A DNA stretch of 64,000 nucleotides from Candidatus Poribacteria bacterium (GCA_965222225.1 CBDCTK010000002.1:2432001-2496000), one strand, 5' to 3'; positions 29,066-39,553 are shown, counted from the first letter of the stretch. Made by a program: numbers and translations. The notes: a model not told the origin generated them from the sequence alone.

Positions 29066-29256
29066 TACTATTCTCCATTTTGTGTAGGTGATGTTCAGCT
29101 GCCGAGTAGAAGGCGTTGCGGTTGCTCGTCCCGCTTCCTCTTGTTGGACTCCAACCCTCAACGCGAGCCTAGTATAACAGATTGCGAGGGGCGTAACAAG
29201 AGAATCCGCTAGTTGTAGGGTGGGCATCGCCCACCAAAGCCCTTGAAGGGAGCAGT

Positions 29257-29487
29257 GTAGGTTGGGTTGAACGGTTAAACACGACCGCTTACCAAAGTAG
29301 ATCATCGTTCTGTTTTTCAACGATGCTATTGGAAGAAAGATAGAGTGAAACCCAACACCTCAATCCAATCATGCGTTGATTGTCAGGTTGGATTTCACTA
29401 GATTCGGGAGGTACCAATCGGATTTGACCGACGAAAGTTACGTGGATGGCTCGGTAGTTTTCGTCGGTGCCGTTCAACCCAACCTAC
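29257..29487. repeat. Long REP-doublet/BIME-like element
   Basis: Inverted termini GTAGGTTGGGTTGAACG / CGTTCAACCCAACCTAC and internal inverted GTGAAACCCAAC / GTTGGATTTCAC; preceded by another REP (GTAGGGTGGGCATCGCCCACC). Confidence 0.7.
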
Positions 29488-29613
29488 GTGCCAACCACGC
29501 TTTATTTGTACCTACGGATATGTTATCATTCAAGCACACTAAGGACATGTGACAATCCCGGCTATTGAATTTCGGTATTTCAATCCGAGGGCGAACGAAC
29601 AAAAGGGAGAATT

Positions 29614-31638
29614 GTGATGACCGCAACACCCCGCAAGATAGACGCTCAAGATTTGCTTACTATGCGTTTTGTTTCCCAGCCGCAACTATCGCCCGATGGC
29701 ACACAGGTGGCATTTGTCTCGCGGTGGATAGATGCGGAAAAGAACAAATACTTCTCCAATCTCTGGCTTGTGTCCACAACCGGCGGGCAACCTCGTCGTT
29801 TCACCGTAGGCGATTACGGCGACACCTCGCCCCGTTGGTCGCCTGATGGACGGCGCATCGCCTTTGTCTCCGATCGAAGTGATTCATCCCAGATTTGGCT
29901 TATCCCCATTGATGGCGGAGAAGCACAACAGTTGACAGATTTGCAGGAGGGCAGCCTTGGTTCGCTGGCTTGGTCGCCCGACGGGACGAAGATTGCCTTT
30001 ACCTTCCGCCCGAAACCCTTCGCAGATAGGAAAGCGGAGCGCGAGGCGCGTGAAAAGGAACACAGATCGTATCCGCCCCGCATCATCCGCCGAGCAGGTT
30101 ACCGAGAGGACGGCACGGGCTACAACGGTGGCGAACGTTGGCACTTGCAGACCGTGAGTGTGGAAGCGGGAGTCGTGAATCAACTCACCTCGGAGGATTA
30201 CGACGACTATTCTCCCGCATGGTCGCCCGACGGAAAAACGATTGCTTTCGTCTCAAACCGCTCCGAGGATGCGGACCTGACACCGGGATACCAAGATTTG
30301 TGGCTGATTCCGTCGGGTGGCGGGACGGTGCGACGCTTAACGAAGCAGTCCGGGCACATGCAAAGCCCTGTCTGGTCGCCCGATGGCGCGGAAATTGCTT
30401 ACATTGGGCATGACCATCCGGATGAAATCTGGGGCGTGACCGACCCGCACCTATGGGTTGTATCAATTGAAAGCGGGGAGGCGCAAGACCTGACCCTCAG
30501 CTTAGACCGACCCGTCGGGCATTATACGCTTAGCGATACGTCCGAATCCGAAGGCGCCGCACAATCCCTGATCTGGAGCGCGGACGGCGCCCGCCTGTTT
30601 TTCCTCGTTAGCGATCGGGGAAGTTGCCATCTCTACACCGTAGACCGCAGTGGCGGCGAGCCTCGACAGTTGACCCAAGGCGCAATTGATGTGTGTGCCT
30701 TCTCCGCCGACCGTGGGACGACGCAACTCGCACTACACATCGGGAGTTCCACCGAACCCGGCGATGTCTATCTGCTCCCGACCGTGGGCGGTGATAGAAG
30801 CGCCCCAATACGGTTGTCTCACGTGAATCGTGAGTGGAAAGCGGAATTGTCTCTCTCCGATTCTGAGGAGATTTGGTTTGACACGTGTGATGGGGGGAAG
30901 ATTCAGGGCTGGATTGTCAAACCTCCCGATTTCGAGCCGGATCAGAAATATCCCGTGATTCTCGAGATTCACGGAGGTCCACACACGCAGTACGGCAACG
31001 CTTTCTATCATGAAATTCAGTTCCTTGCGGCGCGAGGCTATGTCGTGCTGTATACTAACCCACGCGGTAGCCGAGGGTACGGACAGGCATTTACCGCCGC
31101 AATTCGAGGGGATTGGGGCGGTCCGGACTTCGGCGATCTCATGGCGGGGGTTGATTATGTCATCGCCCAAGGGTACGTCGATTCGGAACGGTTGGGCGTA
31201 ACAGGGGGCAGCTACGGCGGATTCATGACAAATTGGGTTGTCAGCCATACCGACCGGTTCAAAGCCGCCGTGACACAACGCAGCCTCACAAACATGATGA
31301 GCATTGCGGGAACGTGCGATGTTCAACTGATGGGTGACCGGACTTACTTCCCGTCAGAAGTGTGGGAAGATCCCACACTCTATTGGAAACTCTCACCCCT
31401 AGGCTACGTTCAAAATATTAGTACCCCACTGTTAATTCTCCACAGTGAGGGCGATTTACGCTGCCCGATAGAGCAGGGCGAACAGTTGTTTATCGCCCTG
31501 AAACGGCTCAAGCGCGAGGTTGAGTTCGTCAGGTACCCGCCGGAGGCGAGTCACGACCTTTCCCGCAGCGGTCCCCCGGACTTGCGTTTAGACCGACTGG
31601 CACGCATTGTCGAATGGATGGACAAACACTTGCAGTGA
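29614..31638 (+). CDS. S9 family peptidase (acylaminoacyl/dipeptidyl peptidase) with PD40 propeller
   Basis: Repeated WSPDG, IHGGP, GGSYGG, HSEGDLRCP, catalytic His in ASHDL. Confidence 0.92.
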   Translation: MMTATPRKIDAQDLLTMRFVSQPQLSPDGTQVAFVSRWIDAEKNKYFSNLWLVSTTGGQPRRFTVGDYGDTSPRWSPDGRRIAFVSDRSDSSQIWLIPIDGGEAQQLTDLQEGSLGSLAWSPDGTKIAFTFRPKPFADRKAEREAREKEHRSYPPRIIRRAGYREDGTGYNGGERWHLQTVSVEAGVVNQLTSEDYDDYSPAWSPDGKTIAFVSNRSEDADLTPGYQDLWLIPSGGGTVRRLTKQSGHMQSPVWSPDGAEIAYIGHDHPDEIWGVTDPHLWVVSIESGEAQDLTLSLDRPVGHYTLSDTSESEGAAQSLIWSADGARLFFLVSDRGSCHLYTVDRSGGEPRQLTQGAIDVCAFSADRGTTQLALHIGSSTEPGDVYLLPTVGGDRSAPIRLSHVNREWKAELSLSDSEEIWFDTCDGGKIQGWIVKPPDFEPDQKYPVILEIHGGPHTQYGNAFYHEIQFLAARGYVVLYTNPRGSRGYGQAFTAAIRGDWGGPDFGDLMAGVDYVIAQGYVDSERLGVTGGSYGGFMTNWVVSHTDRFKAAVTQRSLTNMMSIAGTCDVQLMGDRTYFPSEVWEDPTLYWKLSPLGYVQNISTPLLILHSEGDLRCPIEQGEQLFIALKRLKREVEFVRYPPEASHDLSRSGPPDLRLDRLARIVEWMDKHLQ

Positions 31639-31710
31639 AGTTCAATGATAACGCGCAGAATAATAAAGAAGGTTAGAAAAATTCAGGTCACGCCAACTGG
31701 AACACGCGTG

Positions 31711-32871
31711 ATGTGTGTTACCGGAAAGGCGCTACTGCGGCATCAGTACGCTCAGTGGGCTAAGACCAACGTCAAGACGAAGTTGGATGACAAACGACCT
31801 TGGCGCCAGCGGCGCTCGCGCGTTTCATTCGTTATATCGCTGCTTTTGCACATCATAGCTCTGGCTGCCATGAACCTTCGTCTGCCGGAGTGGTACCGTC
31901 CGCCGCCGATTCCGGAGCCGATCGTGATGACGCCGATTGAGCTTGTGGATGTGCCACGTTTCCACATCTCAAGCGCAAGGAAAAGGATCAGTGCGACGAC
32001 ACTGAAAACCCTCACGCCGCGCCAACCTACCCCAAATCGAGCCTTGACCCAATCCCGCCCTTCAGCCGACCGAGTCAAGCAAATCGCGCAGCTAACTCCG
32101 CTCGCCTCTCAGTCGCTGAACACGGACGCGAAACTCGATTTGTCCGATACATTGTTTTCAAACCATTCGAGGATGGAACCCCTGTCAGAGGAATTGAGGG
32201 GGGCGCCCACCGGCATATTGACCCAATCGGCGCAAGCGCGAGAGGTTGAAATTAAACGCGACTCATCTCAACAGACGGAAAAACAGGCCGAAACAGTGGC
32301 TGAAAACGCTCCTCCCGCAAGCCGTGAAGAACAGATTGGCACGGCGCTGGAAGGAATCGCCGAAAGCATCGCGGGCGGGACGAGTTCTTCGCCCGTGGAC
32401 ATTGTTTTCCTGCTAGACGCCAGCGGCAGCATGGAGGACAACATCCGCGCCGTGGGAGGGCAGTTCAGGCGCATGGTGGAGGTATTCCAAGAGAAGGAGG
32501 TCAACTTCACCTTGGGGATTATTACCTTCAAATATCTCGATCGCGACACCATTGTGTTTCCCCAAACACGGGACTATGCCAAATATGAATATCTGCTTGA
32601 GTCGCATGTTATTCAGCGCGGCGGCGATGAAAGAGCGTATGACGCGATTGTAAAGTCAATCCAACGGGTGAAATTCCGCTCCAATGCGGAGCGGCGGTTC
32701 ATTCTGGTCACGGACGAAGCCACGAAAGGTTCGTATCCCATCACAGAGGTGTTGAGTCAATGCCGGACAGCGGGCGTCAAGCTGGATGTCATCGGCGTCA
32801 ATAGGACGTTGGACAAAGCGTTGGCGGTTCAGACGGGAGGACTGTGGTTTCCGATTCCCGGCGGTGGGTAG
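31711..32871 (+). CDS. Membrane-anchored vWA-domain protein
   Basis: TM segment SFVISLLLHIIALAA, Pro-rich linker, DIVFLLDASGSM (MIDAS), ILVTDE; start uncertain. Confidence 0.8.
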   Translation: MCVTGKALLRHQYAQWAKTNVKTKLDDKRPWRQRRSRVSFVISLLLHIIALAAMNLRLPEWYRPPPIPEPIVMTPIELVDVPRFHISSARKRISATTLKTLTPRQPTPNRALTQSRPSADRVKQIAQLTPLASQSLNTDAKLDLSDTLFSNHSRMEPLSEELRGAPTGILTQSAQAREVEIKRDSSQQTEKQAETVAENAPPASREEQIGTALEGIAESIAGGTSSSPVDIVFLLDASGSMEDNIRAVGGQFRRMVEVFQEKEVNFTLGIITFKYLDRDTIVFPQTRDYAKYEYLLESHVIQRGGDERAYDAIVKSIQRVKFRSNAERRFILVTDEATKGSYPITEVLSQCRTAGVKLDVIGVNRTLDKALAVQTGGLWFPIPGGG

Positions 32872-32897
32872 GAATGCGCTCCGAGGAAGGCAGTCCC

Positions 32898-33285
32898 ATG
32901 GACACACCTGCTCTTCAAGAAAGAGGGAAGAATCAACAGAAAAACCTATTGGAAAGGCGTGGCGATTTGCGTTGTCGTCAGCCTATTGCTGTCTATTGCC
33001 ACCTTTTTTGACGATATCCTTCTTTCGCGCGAAAACAGTGCTACTTTCGGCGGATGGCTGCTTGGGTACGCGATGGATATTCTCTCTGTCATGTTCGTGT
33101 TTGTCGTGTTTTCTATCCCTTATGCCTTTATCGGCATCAAACGTGTGCACGACATGGACAATTCGGGGGAATGGATGGCTGTTGCCTATTAATTCGGCGT
33201 GATTGGCTTCATCTACCTAGGTTGCGCAAAAGGAACGCCCGGTTCAAACCGCTTCGACTCACCTCAACCCGAACCCGAAAGCTAA
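32898..33285 (+). pseudogene. DUF805 inner-membrane protein with a damaged start and an in-frame TAA at 33190-33192
   Basis: LLFKKEGRINRKTYW and KRVHDMDNSG; after the TAA, FGVIGFIYLGCAKGTPGSNRF. The RBS-linked ATG at 32898 is out of frame. Confidence 0.7.
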
Positions 33286-33447
33286 TGAGACTCGTAGAAA
33301 TTCTCACCTACATCGCTATCGGCATTGGAGTAGCACTCGTTCGTGCTTGGTGGCGCGGATGTGAATGGGGATGTGTTTGATTTGGTATTCATAGCCAACC
33401 AATGAGGATGTTAAGGAAAGGGTAGAGTCTCTAGCGATAGGCAATTC

Positions 33448-33476
33448 TTGACATTCCAGCAAATCTTCGCTAAAAT
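33448..33476 (+). promoter_or_regulatory. sigma70-type promoter
   Basis: TTGACA-17 bp-TAAAAT. Confidence 0.5.
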
Positions 33477-33835
33477 CCACTCAAGAGAAATGGCAGAACA
33501 CCCTCAATACCTTCGCCGATTATCTGAGTTTGAGTTGAATGGATATGTAATGAATACAACCCATTGATCCGTGATGTTCAAAGATTTCATGAATAAAAAT
33601 AGTTTCAGGTTTTTGTGGAAGTCTTTTTAAATCATGTAAATACTTCATCCTACATCAGAGTGCCTTAAGGTCTAAGAGGCTAAACTTAGCGTATTCTAAA
33701 CAGAATGCGGGTACAGGTTAGTCCTCTAATCTATCTACACATTTATAGATGCATCACAGAGTTCATAAGAGTTTGGTTGACTTATGAAGAACCGTCCATT
33801 TTTGGCGAAGGTATTGACCCTAAAAGGACATTCTT

Positions 33836-34708
33836 ATGTATAAAGAACTGGATGGAATCACATCCCCAGAAGATGACGCTGTTTTGTGGCGATATATGAG
33901 TCTTGAAACATTTGCCAATATCTTAGCAACACAATCCTTGTTTTTCACAAGAGCTGATAATTTTGATGACAAGTTTGAAGGACATATACCTAGACAAATA
34001 ATGTCAATTTACAAATCTGTCACCGGTATTTATGAAAAAAAGAATTTACCTGAAGTCCCAGAAGGTTCGACACTAGAATTTGCTTATGGTTTACGCAAAC
34101 ATGTCATGTGTAACTGCTGGTATCAGGCGGAACAAGAGTCAATGGCAATGTGGGATAAATATCACATGCGTAACAGCGGCATAGCCATCAAAACGACTAC
34201 GGAAAATCTGAAGAACAGTTTGCCGGACAGATTTGATGTTTTTATTGGTGCAATACAATACCTTGAGGACCACAATAAAATTGGTGTGCTTGAAAATGTA
34301 TCAATACCGAACTTAGTGCATTACCCTTATTTCTATAAGAGAAAATCTTTTGAACATGAGCATGAAGTGCGTGTGCTTATTGAGGTTGAATCACTTCTAC
34401 GCAATTATTTCAGTGATCAGGGTGTCAGCAAGATTCCTTTTGAACGAGAACTCTACAAAATCGGTATGCCCATTGAAATTTCTGTTGAAACCTTAATTGG
34501 TGAAAATGGTGGGCTCAGCATATCACCATATGCTGAGCAATGGGTTATAGATACAGTCGCATCAATAGTTGGGCAATATGGATTCCAGTTTTCTGTCAAC
34601 CGATCAAGGCTTTCAGACGAACCCGGGCAGGAATTAAAATATCTTCAGGAGAAGTACGGAATTAGAGACGAGATCATAGATTATTTCATAACTACTATGT
34701 TTAATTGA
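33836..34708 (+). CDS. DUF2971-like hypothetical protein, AT-rich
   Basis: WRYMSL...FDDKFEG, CNCW...ESMAMWDKY, KRKSFEHEHEVR. Confidence 0.7.
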   Translation: MYKELDGITSPEDDAVLWRYMSLETFANILATQSLFFTRADNFDDKFEGHIPRQIMSIYKSVTGIYEKKNLPEVPEGSTLEFAYGLRKHVMCNCWYQAEQESMAMWDKYHMRNSGIAIKTTTENLKNSLPDRFDVFIGAIQYLEDHNKIGVLENVSIPNLVHYPYFYKRKSFEHEHEVRVLIEVESLLRNYFSDQGVSKIPFERELYKIGMPIEISVETLIGENGGLSISPYAEQWVIDTVASIVGQYGFQFSVNRSRLSDEPGQELKYLQEKYGIRDEIIDYFITTMFN

Positions 34709-34959
34709 GACAAAAAATTTGAGCAGAAAACTGAACAAGAATGGGAGTTGTGGAGGGAAGCAATGACGGTATTCGCTCAACTTACTGATCGAGACAAAAA
34801 TCTAATTAGGACTTACCAGTACCATGACCTTGTATGGTAAAGTATCCGTTTTGTGGAAGCACTCTGACAAAAAAAGTTGCGAGAATGCCCGAAACGGCTT
34901 TTTGAGGCGGGGTTGCCGCGGTTGGCAAAATGTGCGATAGTTGCACATGTGCAGCAGAA

Positions 34960-35125
34960 AATTCTACACACCTTCCGCCCCGCTGGGGCTATGTCTTTTC
35001 TCAAGGCGTGCGTAAAATGGTAGTCAGCCGTCAGTGAGAAAATCTTGTAATACCTAACCCCCTAAATCCCCTTTATCAGGGGGGTAAGATGTAAGATGTC
35101 GGGAATCGGAGTTCCCTCCTACTGA
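34960..35125. repeat. Cluster of REP-like hairpins
   Basis: CTACACACCTTCCGCCCCCGCTGGGGCT; CCCCCTAAATCCCCTTTATCAGGGGG; GTCGGGAATCGGAGTTCCCTCCTAC. Confidence 0.55.
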
Positions 35126-35223
35126 TAAAGGCAGTGGTCAGTAGAACCCTAGCAACGAATTGCCGAAGCCGATTGAGCACGTGAATAGTTAAGAAGGATT
35201 TTCTATGGAAATTCTACCGCACG

Positions 35224-35307
35224 GGACTTACTATCGCACGCCTTAATCAGTCAGTTGACCGCTCCCTATAGGATCTACTATGGCCCTCGCTGTTCACTCG
35301 GTTGATC
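35224..35307 (-). repeat. Two tandem micro-element copies (35224-35260 and 35271-35307)
   Basis: Reverse complements read GGTCAA CT GA CT GATTA AG GC GT GC G ATAG TA AGTCC and GATCAA CC GA GT GAACA GC GA GG GC C ATAG TA GATCC. Confidence 0.8.
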
Positions 35308-36689
35308 CCAATGGATCGTCCCGATTTGCAGGACGTTCTCGGTGTGTGCGTTGTACCCGTGTGTCGGCTCGCCTCCAAAGCCGTAGAGGCGCCCGGTGTG
35401 ATGAATCCAAGGCGCCGTCGCCACGCCGTACGCCAAGACACCGATGCGCGAGTAGTTGTCCTGCTCAATGTAGTAACAGAGGATCATATCCCCGTAGCCG
35501 CGCCACACCGGTGCATCGTTGTTGATAGTCTTTCCCCGGCGGCGGGTACGGACGTCCGCACTGCCCATCAACAGGATGTAGCGTTCGTCAAGAGTGACCG
35601 CGTCGCCGCTGAGCATCGGGAACGGCAGGTTTCGCAATGACGTCCATTCGTCCGTTTCGGGATCGTACCGATAGGCATCGCGGTAGTTCGGCACCCCATT
35701 GTAGGGCACCTCGATGCCATACTTCCCGGGAAGTGTATGCGCCAAAGACCGCAGCACAGGGTCCGGATGCGAACCACCGAACACATACAAACCATCGCCA
35801 GCCGCCCCAAGAGTCACGAGTGCACGGGGACCGCCCGGATAAGGCGCCATCGGTTCCCACTCGGCGCTCGGATCGTCAAGTCGGAGCTTCCAGTCTTGAA
35901 GTTGGGGAGCGTCTCTCGTTTCGGATGGTTTGCCGGCAGGGGTGCCTGCAACCAGACAGAGCCACCTCCCCGAAACGACTCCGCAGCCGGCGAGCCATCT
36001 GCCCGCGGTTTCGGACGATGGCAGCGGAACCAGAGCCGTCCACTTCCAGTCTTCACCATGCCGCGTTAGCTTCCACACCTGTCTCCCGGACCCGCGGCCG
36101 CCCACGACGTACATGCCGGAATCGTCGTAAGTGCCTTGGGTGTATTGGGTCTAAACCGGACAAGGCGGCAGTTCGGTGTATGCATCGGTCTGTGTGTCAT
36201 ACGCGTAGGCAACGTTCAGCCGATCGGGCATCCACATGCCCGCAGCGAGAACGATGGTGTCACCGAAACTGCCTACAACCCCTCCTTTCCACGCTACCGG
36301 CAGGTTGGCGCCGGTTGACCATTCAAGTTTTAGCGGCGGCAGATCGAGGACACCTTCGTATTCGCGGCTGAAGGGGATTCGTTCATAAACCCGATTCAGT
36401 TCACGTCATCGTCGCGCCATTCCGTGGCAGTGGTCTTAGTGTTTCTATGCATAATGAGCTCCTCATTCGCTGATACATCTTGGACATCTTCAATTGCAAT
36501 ACCCTTAGATGGCACTCTAATCTCTCGATTATCGGCGGATAGATCATGAACCTCTAAGGTATCCTGCGCTTGAGCGTACCCGGATATCACGAGACCTATC
36601 AACACAACAAACGTAGTGAGCAACATGGTAAGGGAGATGCGACTTTCTCTCACGGCGTCATCCGATTTCGTGTTTTTCTTGCTTTTCAT
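35278..36689 (-). pseudogene. Secreted Kelch-repeat protein with a frameshift near 36405 and an in-frame TAG at 36151-36153
   Basis: Signal peptide in ORF 36396-36689; Kelch blades LEWSTGANLPVAWKGG...YTELPPCPV*TQY...MYVVGG, LYVFGG, LYGFGG. Confidence 0.7.
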
Positions 36690-37545
36690 GAGGCTTTGGA
36701 CGGCTTCGGCCCAAAAGGTTCAGCAGCCGATCGCTGGCAGTTTGCAGTGCATTTTCGGGAACGGGAACGCTATTGCATAAACTAAAGCGCCAGTATGCCC
36801 ATTGGGCGGCGTACTGTGATTGTAAAATATAGCGAGTGTCGTTGGACCGATTGGGCGCTCCTCGGTGCCAGCATTGGGGGTCTTGCAGGTAGATGTCGCC
36901 GGCTTTGCAGAAAACCGACACGGGACCGCGGCCTTCAAACTCCGGGCGGTCTTGATCGTTCGGATTGCGGCCAGAATAATGGCTGCCGGGGACGTATTGC
37001 GTTGGCCCCTGCTCAATTGAGATGATGTCAGTCAGTGCCATCTGGACGGTAAACCACATGACCGGCATCGGAATCCGCGGGTCATGGCGAGGGACGTTGT
37101 CGGGTACAGGAAAATGAACCTGCCCGTCAACATGCCATCGTTCAATTGCCACTCCGGGAAGATTCCGTAGGACATTCTGCCCACAGAACTTGCAGTCTTG
37201 CCCCACCACCGCTTCGGCTATACTAAGAATCGGCTCCCGAAGGAGCATATCCCGAAAGATTGGGTCGAGTTCGATTGTATTTCTCAAAATAAACGGGAGT
37301 TCTTCCTCTGATTCCTCATGTTTTCCCAACTGGATGTATCTCGTGTCGGCGAGTTCCGGATTGGTTCTGTTGAAGAGGGCAGGGTCGGCAAAAAGTTCGT
37401 CGGTTTTGGCGCGTAGGGCGTTGACTTCTTCGGAGGTCAGCACGCCGGGAATGTACGCGAAACCATCACGATACAACTGTTCAACAGCCCCTTGCGTTTT
37501 TTCCTCGCTGAATGGCTCGGCAGAAATGATTGGACTGGTGTTCAT
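36658..37545 (-). CDS. Phytanoyl-CoA dioxygenase (PhyH) family 2OG-Fe(II) oxygenase
   Basis: WHVD, GPTQYVPGSH, WHRGAPNRS. Confidence 0.88.
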   Translation of the reverse strand: MNTSPIISAEPFSEEKTQGAVEQLYRDGFAYIPGVLTSEEVNALRAKTDELFADPALFNRTNPELADTRYIQLGKHEESEEELPFILRNTIELDPIFRDMLLREPILSIAEAVVGQDCKFCGQNVLRNLPGVAIERWHVDGQVHFPVPDNVPRHDPRIPMPVMWFTVQMALTDIISIEQGPTQYVPGSHYSGRNPNDQDRPEFEGRGPVSVFCKAGDIYLQDPQCWHRGAPNRSNDTRYILQSQYAAQWAYWRFSLCNSVPVPENALQTASDRLLNLLGRSRPKPHEKQEKHEIG

Positions 37546-37567
37546 GATCCTCCTTTCTAGATTAATA

Positions 37568-37717
37568 CTAATACCATTGCTTTAGAATGATAGTGCATCA
37601 GTGGGGTGAATTAAAGTCGCGATTCGGAGATCGCTCCTACCAAGTGCTAAACTACGCAAGTCCGAAGAAATTAGTTATTCCATTCTATGCACAATTATTC
37701 AAACGAAATGGTATTAG
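37568..37717. mobile_element. MITE-like element (CTAATACCATT termini) carrying a REP
   Basis: CTAATACCATT...AATGGTATTAG; internal GTCGCGATTCGGAGATCGCTCCTAC. Confidence 0.6.
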
Positions 37718-38002
37718 GTGGTCTTGGACATCTGGAGTGCCGCCGTCTCATTAGACGCTTTCCGTGTTTCTCCCGTTGTCCATGATCGAGATGACAGTGT
37801 GTGCTCACATGGGTTAAGAATGGCTAAGACATTCTCGCCCGAGGGAATCAGTTGCCGGAAACGACCACTGTATTTCTCTTCGGTTGAAATAATTCGGAAC
37901 CCCCGGAATGGGAATTCCATTGATCGTCTGTAGCCCAAACCGACGATAGAATTTTACATTTTTCGGACAGTCAGTCTCTACGCAGCAGCGACCGGATGTC
38001 CT

Positions 38003-39307
38003 TTATTCACGGACCTTCTTCTGCCAAGGGACTGCTCCGGCTTGCCGAATGTGCGCTTGCATGAGGCGGCAGAGATCTTTCATGTCCGTATCGTTTGTCT
38101 GTGAAAGGTCCGTAGTTTCCCGTTCGTCTTCAGCCAGGTCAAACAACTCTAGGGGAGAGAAAGCGTCGTTGTGCAGCAATTTCATGTCGCCCTTGCGCAC
38201 CGCATGATAGTCGTTGCCGACATAGCGGCGTTGCAAAGACCATCCTTCGCGTCGCACCCAGTAGTAAACGCGGTCTGAGAAGTCGACCTCACTTCCGAGA
38301 AACAGAGGTAGGATGGACCGACCTTCAATCGCATGGGTCACTTCAAGGCGGGCGATCTCGCAAATCGTTGGGAAGAAGTCCATTAGCATAACAATTTGAT
38401 CGGACTCGCAATCAGGTTTGATATGGTCTGGCCATTGAACGAAGCAGGGAACGCGGATGCCGCCTTCGTACATGTCGGTCTTACCGCCCCGGAAGGGATT
38501 GTTACAGGCGCCCGCGGGCAACCATCCCCCGTTGTCCGACGTGTAGATCACGATCGTGTTCTCCACCAGTCCGGTTTCGTCCAGTGCTGCCAATACGCGC
38601 CCCACTCCGTCATCCAGGTGCTCGACCAGCGCATTGTAGCGGACGCGTTTCTCGTCGAGATCCGGTTCCCGCGCCCTGACGGTTTCCACCCATTCCTCCG
38701 GTGGTTGAATGGGCGTATGAGGCGCATTATAGGCAAGATACATAAAGAACGGCCTTTCTGCTTCTTCCCGATCTCGGATGCGGTCAATCGCCCAGTCGGT
38801 GAATAAATCGGTGGCGTGTCCTTCCAGGTCGATAACCTCCCGGTTGTGGCGCATGCCATTCTTTCCCATGCGCCGATGCGTCCAGTAGTCGTCCATCATG
38901 TCGTCAATGAATCCGTGGAACTCGTCGAATCCGCGTTCGCACGGATGGTTTTCATCTTCCAGCCCCAGGTGCCATTTGCCGATATGAAGCGTTTCATATC
39001 CTGCCCTACGCAGCATATCGGGCAGCGTGATGGCATTGGGGTCGAAATAGCCCCAGCTATCCTCCACCGTCTGGCGAATCACGCCCGGCACACCGACCCG
39101 GTCCGGGTAACGTCCGGTCAGCAATGATGCACGGCTGGGGGAACAAACAGTCGAGTTAGCGTAAAACCGATTGAACCGGATACCGTGCGAGCCGATGGCA
39201 TCAATGTGGGGAGTTTGAACACCAGGACCGTTGTTGGCGGAGATGTCACCATAGCCGTGATCATCAGCGAGTATAAAAACGATGTTCGGATTTGTATCGT
39301 CGCACAT
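38003..39307 (-). CDS. Formylglycine-dependent sulfatase (S1)
   Basis: PNIVFILADDHG, CSPSRASLLTG, GKWHLG, SDNG, YEGGIRVP. Confidence 0.93.
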   Translation of the reverse strand: MCDDTNPNIVFILADDHGYGDISANNGPGVQTPHIDAIGSHGIRFNRFYANSTVCSPSRASLLTGRYPDRVGVPGVIRQTVEDSWGYFDPNAITLPDMLRRAGYETLHIGKWHLGLEDENHPCERGFDEFHGFIDDMMDDYWTHRRMGKNGMRHNREVIDLEGHATDLFTDWAIDRIRDREEAERPFFMYLAYNAPHTPIQPPEEWVETVRAREPDLDEKRVRYNALVEHLDDGVGRVLAALDETGLVENTIVIYTSDNGGWLPAGACNNPFRGGKTDMYEGGIRVPCFVQWPDHIKPDCESDQIVMLMDFFPTICEIARLEVTHAIEGRSILPLFLGSEVDFSDRVYYWVRREGWSLQRRYVGNDYHAVRKGDMKLLHNDAFSPLELFDLAEDERETTDLSQTNDTDMKDLCRLMQAHIRQAGAVPWQKKVRE

Positions 39308-39492
39308 TTTCTATCCTTTCCGTCACGATTGCGGAACGATCTGCCGATAGCGATAAGCTGCATCAGCCGGCGTTGGTTGTTGGCTTCATCGGCTTCTAGT
39401 TTACACCATTTCGTTTGAATAACAGTGCATAGAGTGAAACAACTATTTCGTTAGGACTTGCGCGGTTACGCGGTGTAGCACCCAGTAGGAGC

Positions 39493-39553
39493 GATCAAGG
39501 GAATGGATAGCGAGTAGGATTTACTATCGCCTTCGCTGTCCGCTCCTTTGATC
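39493..39553. repeat. Micro-element: partial + strand copy (39493-39514) joined to a full minus-strand copy (39517-39553), inside a GTAGGAGCGATC REP
   Basis: GATCAA GG GA AT GGATA GC GA G; the full copy's reverse complement reads GATCAA AG GA GC GGACA GC GA AG GC G ATAG TA AATCC. Confidence 0.75.

Noticed and set aside
31645-33285. vWA-DUF805 fusion via TAG readthrough (same frame)
   Set aside because: DUF805 has its own RBS and ATG at 32898; a small deletion after the start explains the shared frame more simply.
35224-35307. 36-37 nt repeats as a CRISPR array
   Set aside because: Copies are dispersed, nested and divergent, with no regular spacers and no cas genes.
237-36153. Stop-codon reassignment or readthrough explaining the in-frame TAG/TAA codons
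   Set aside because: Both TAG and TAA are involved and appear to replace different residues, two of these genes also have frameshifts, and intact genes here end normally in TAA, TAG and TGA.
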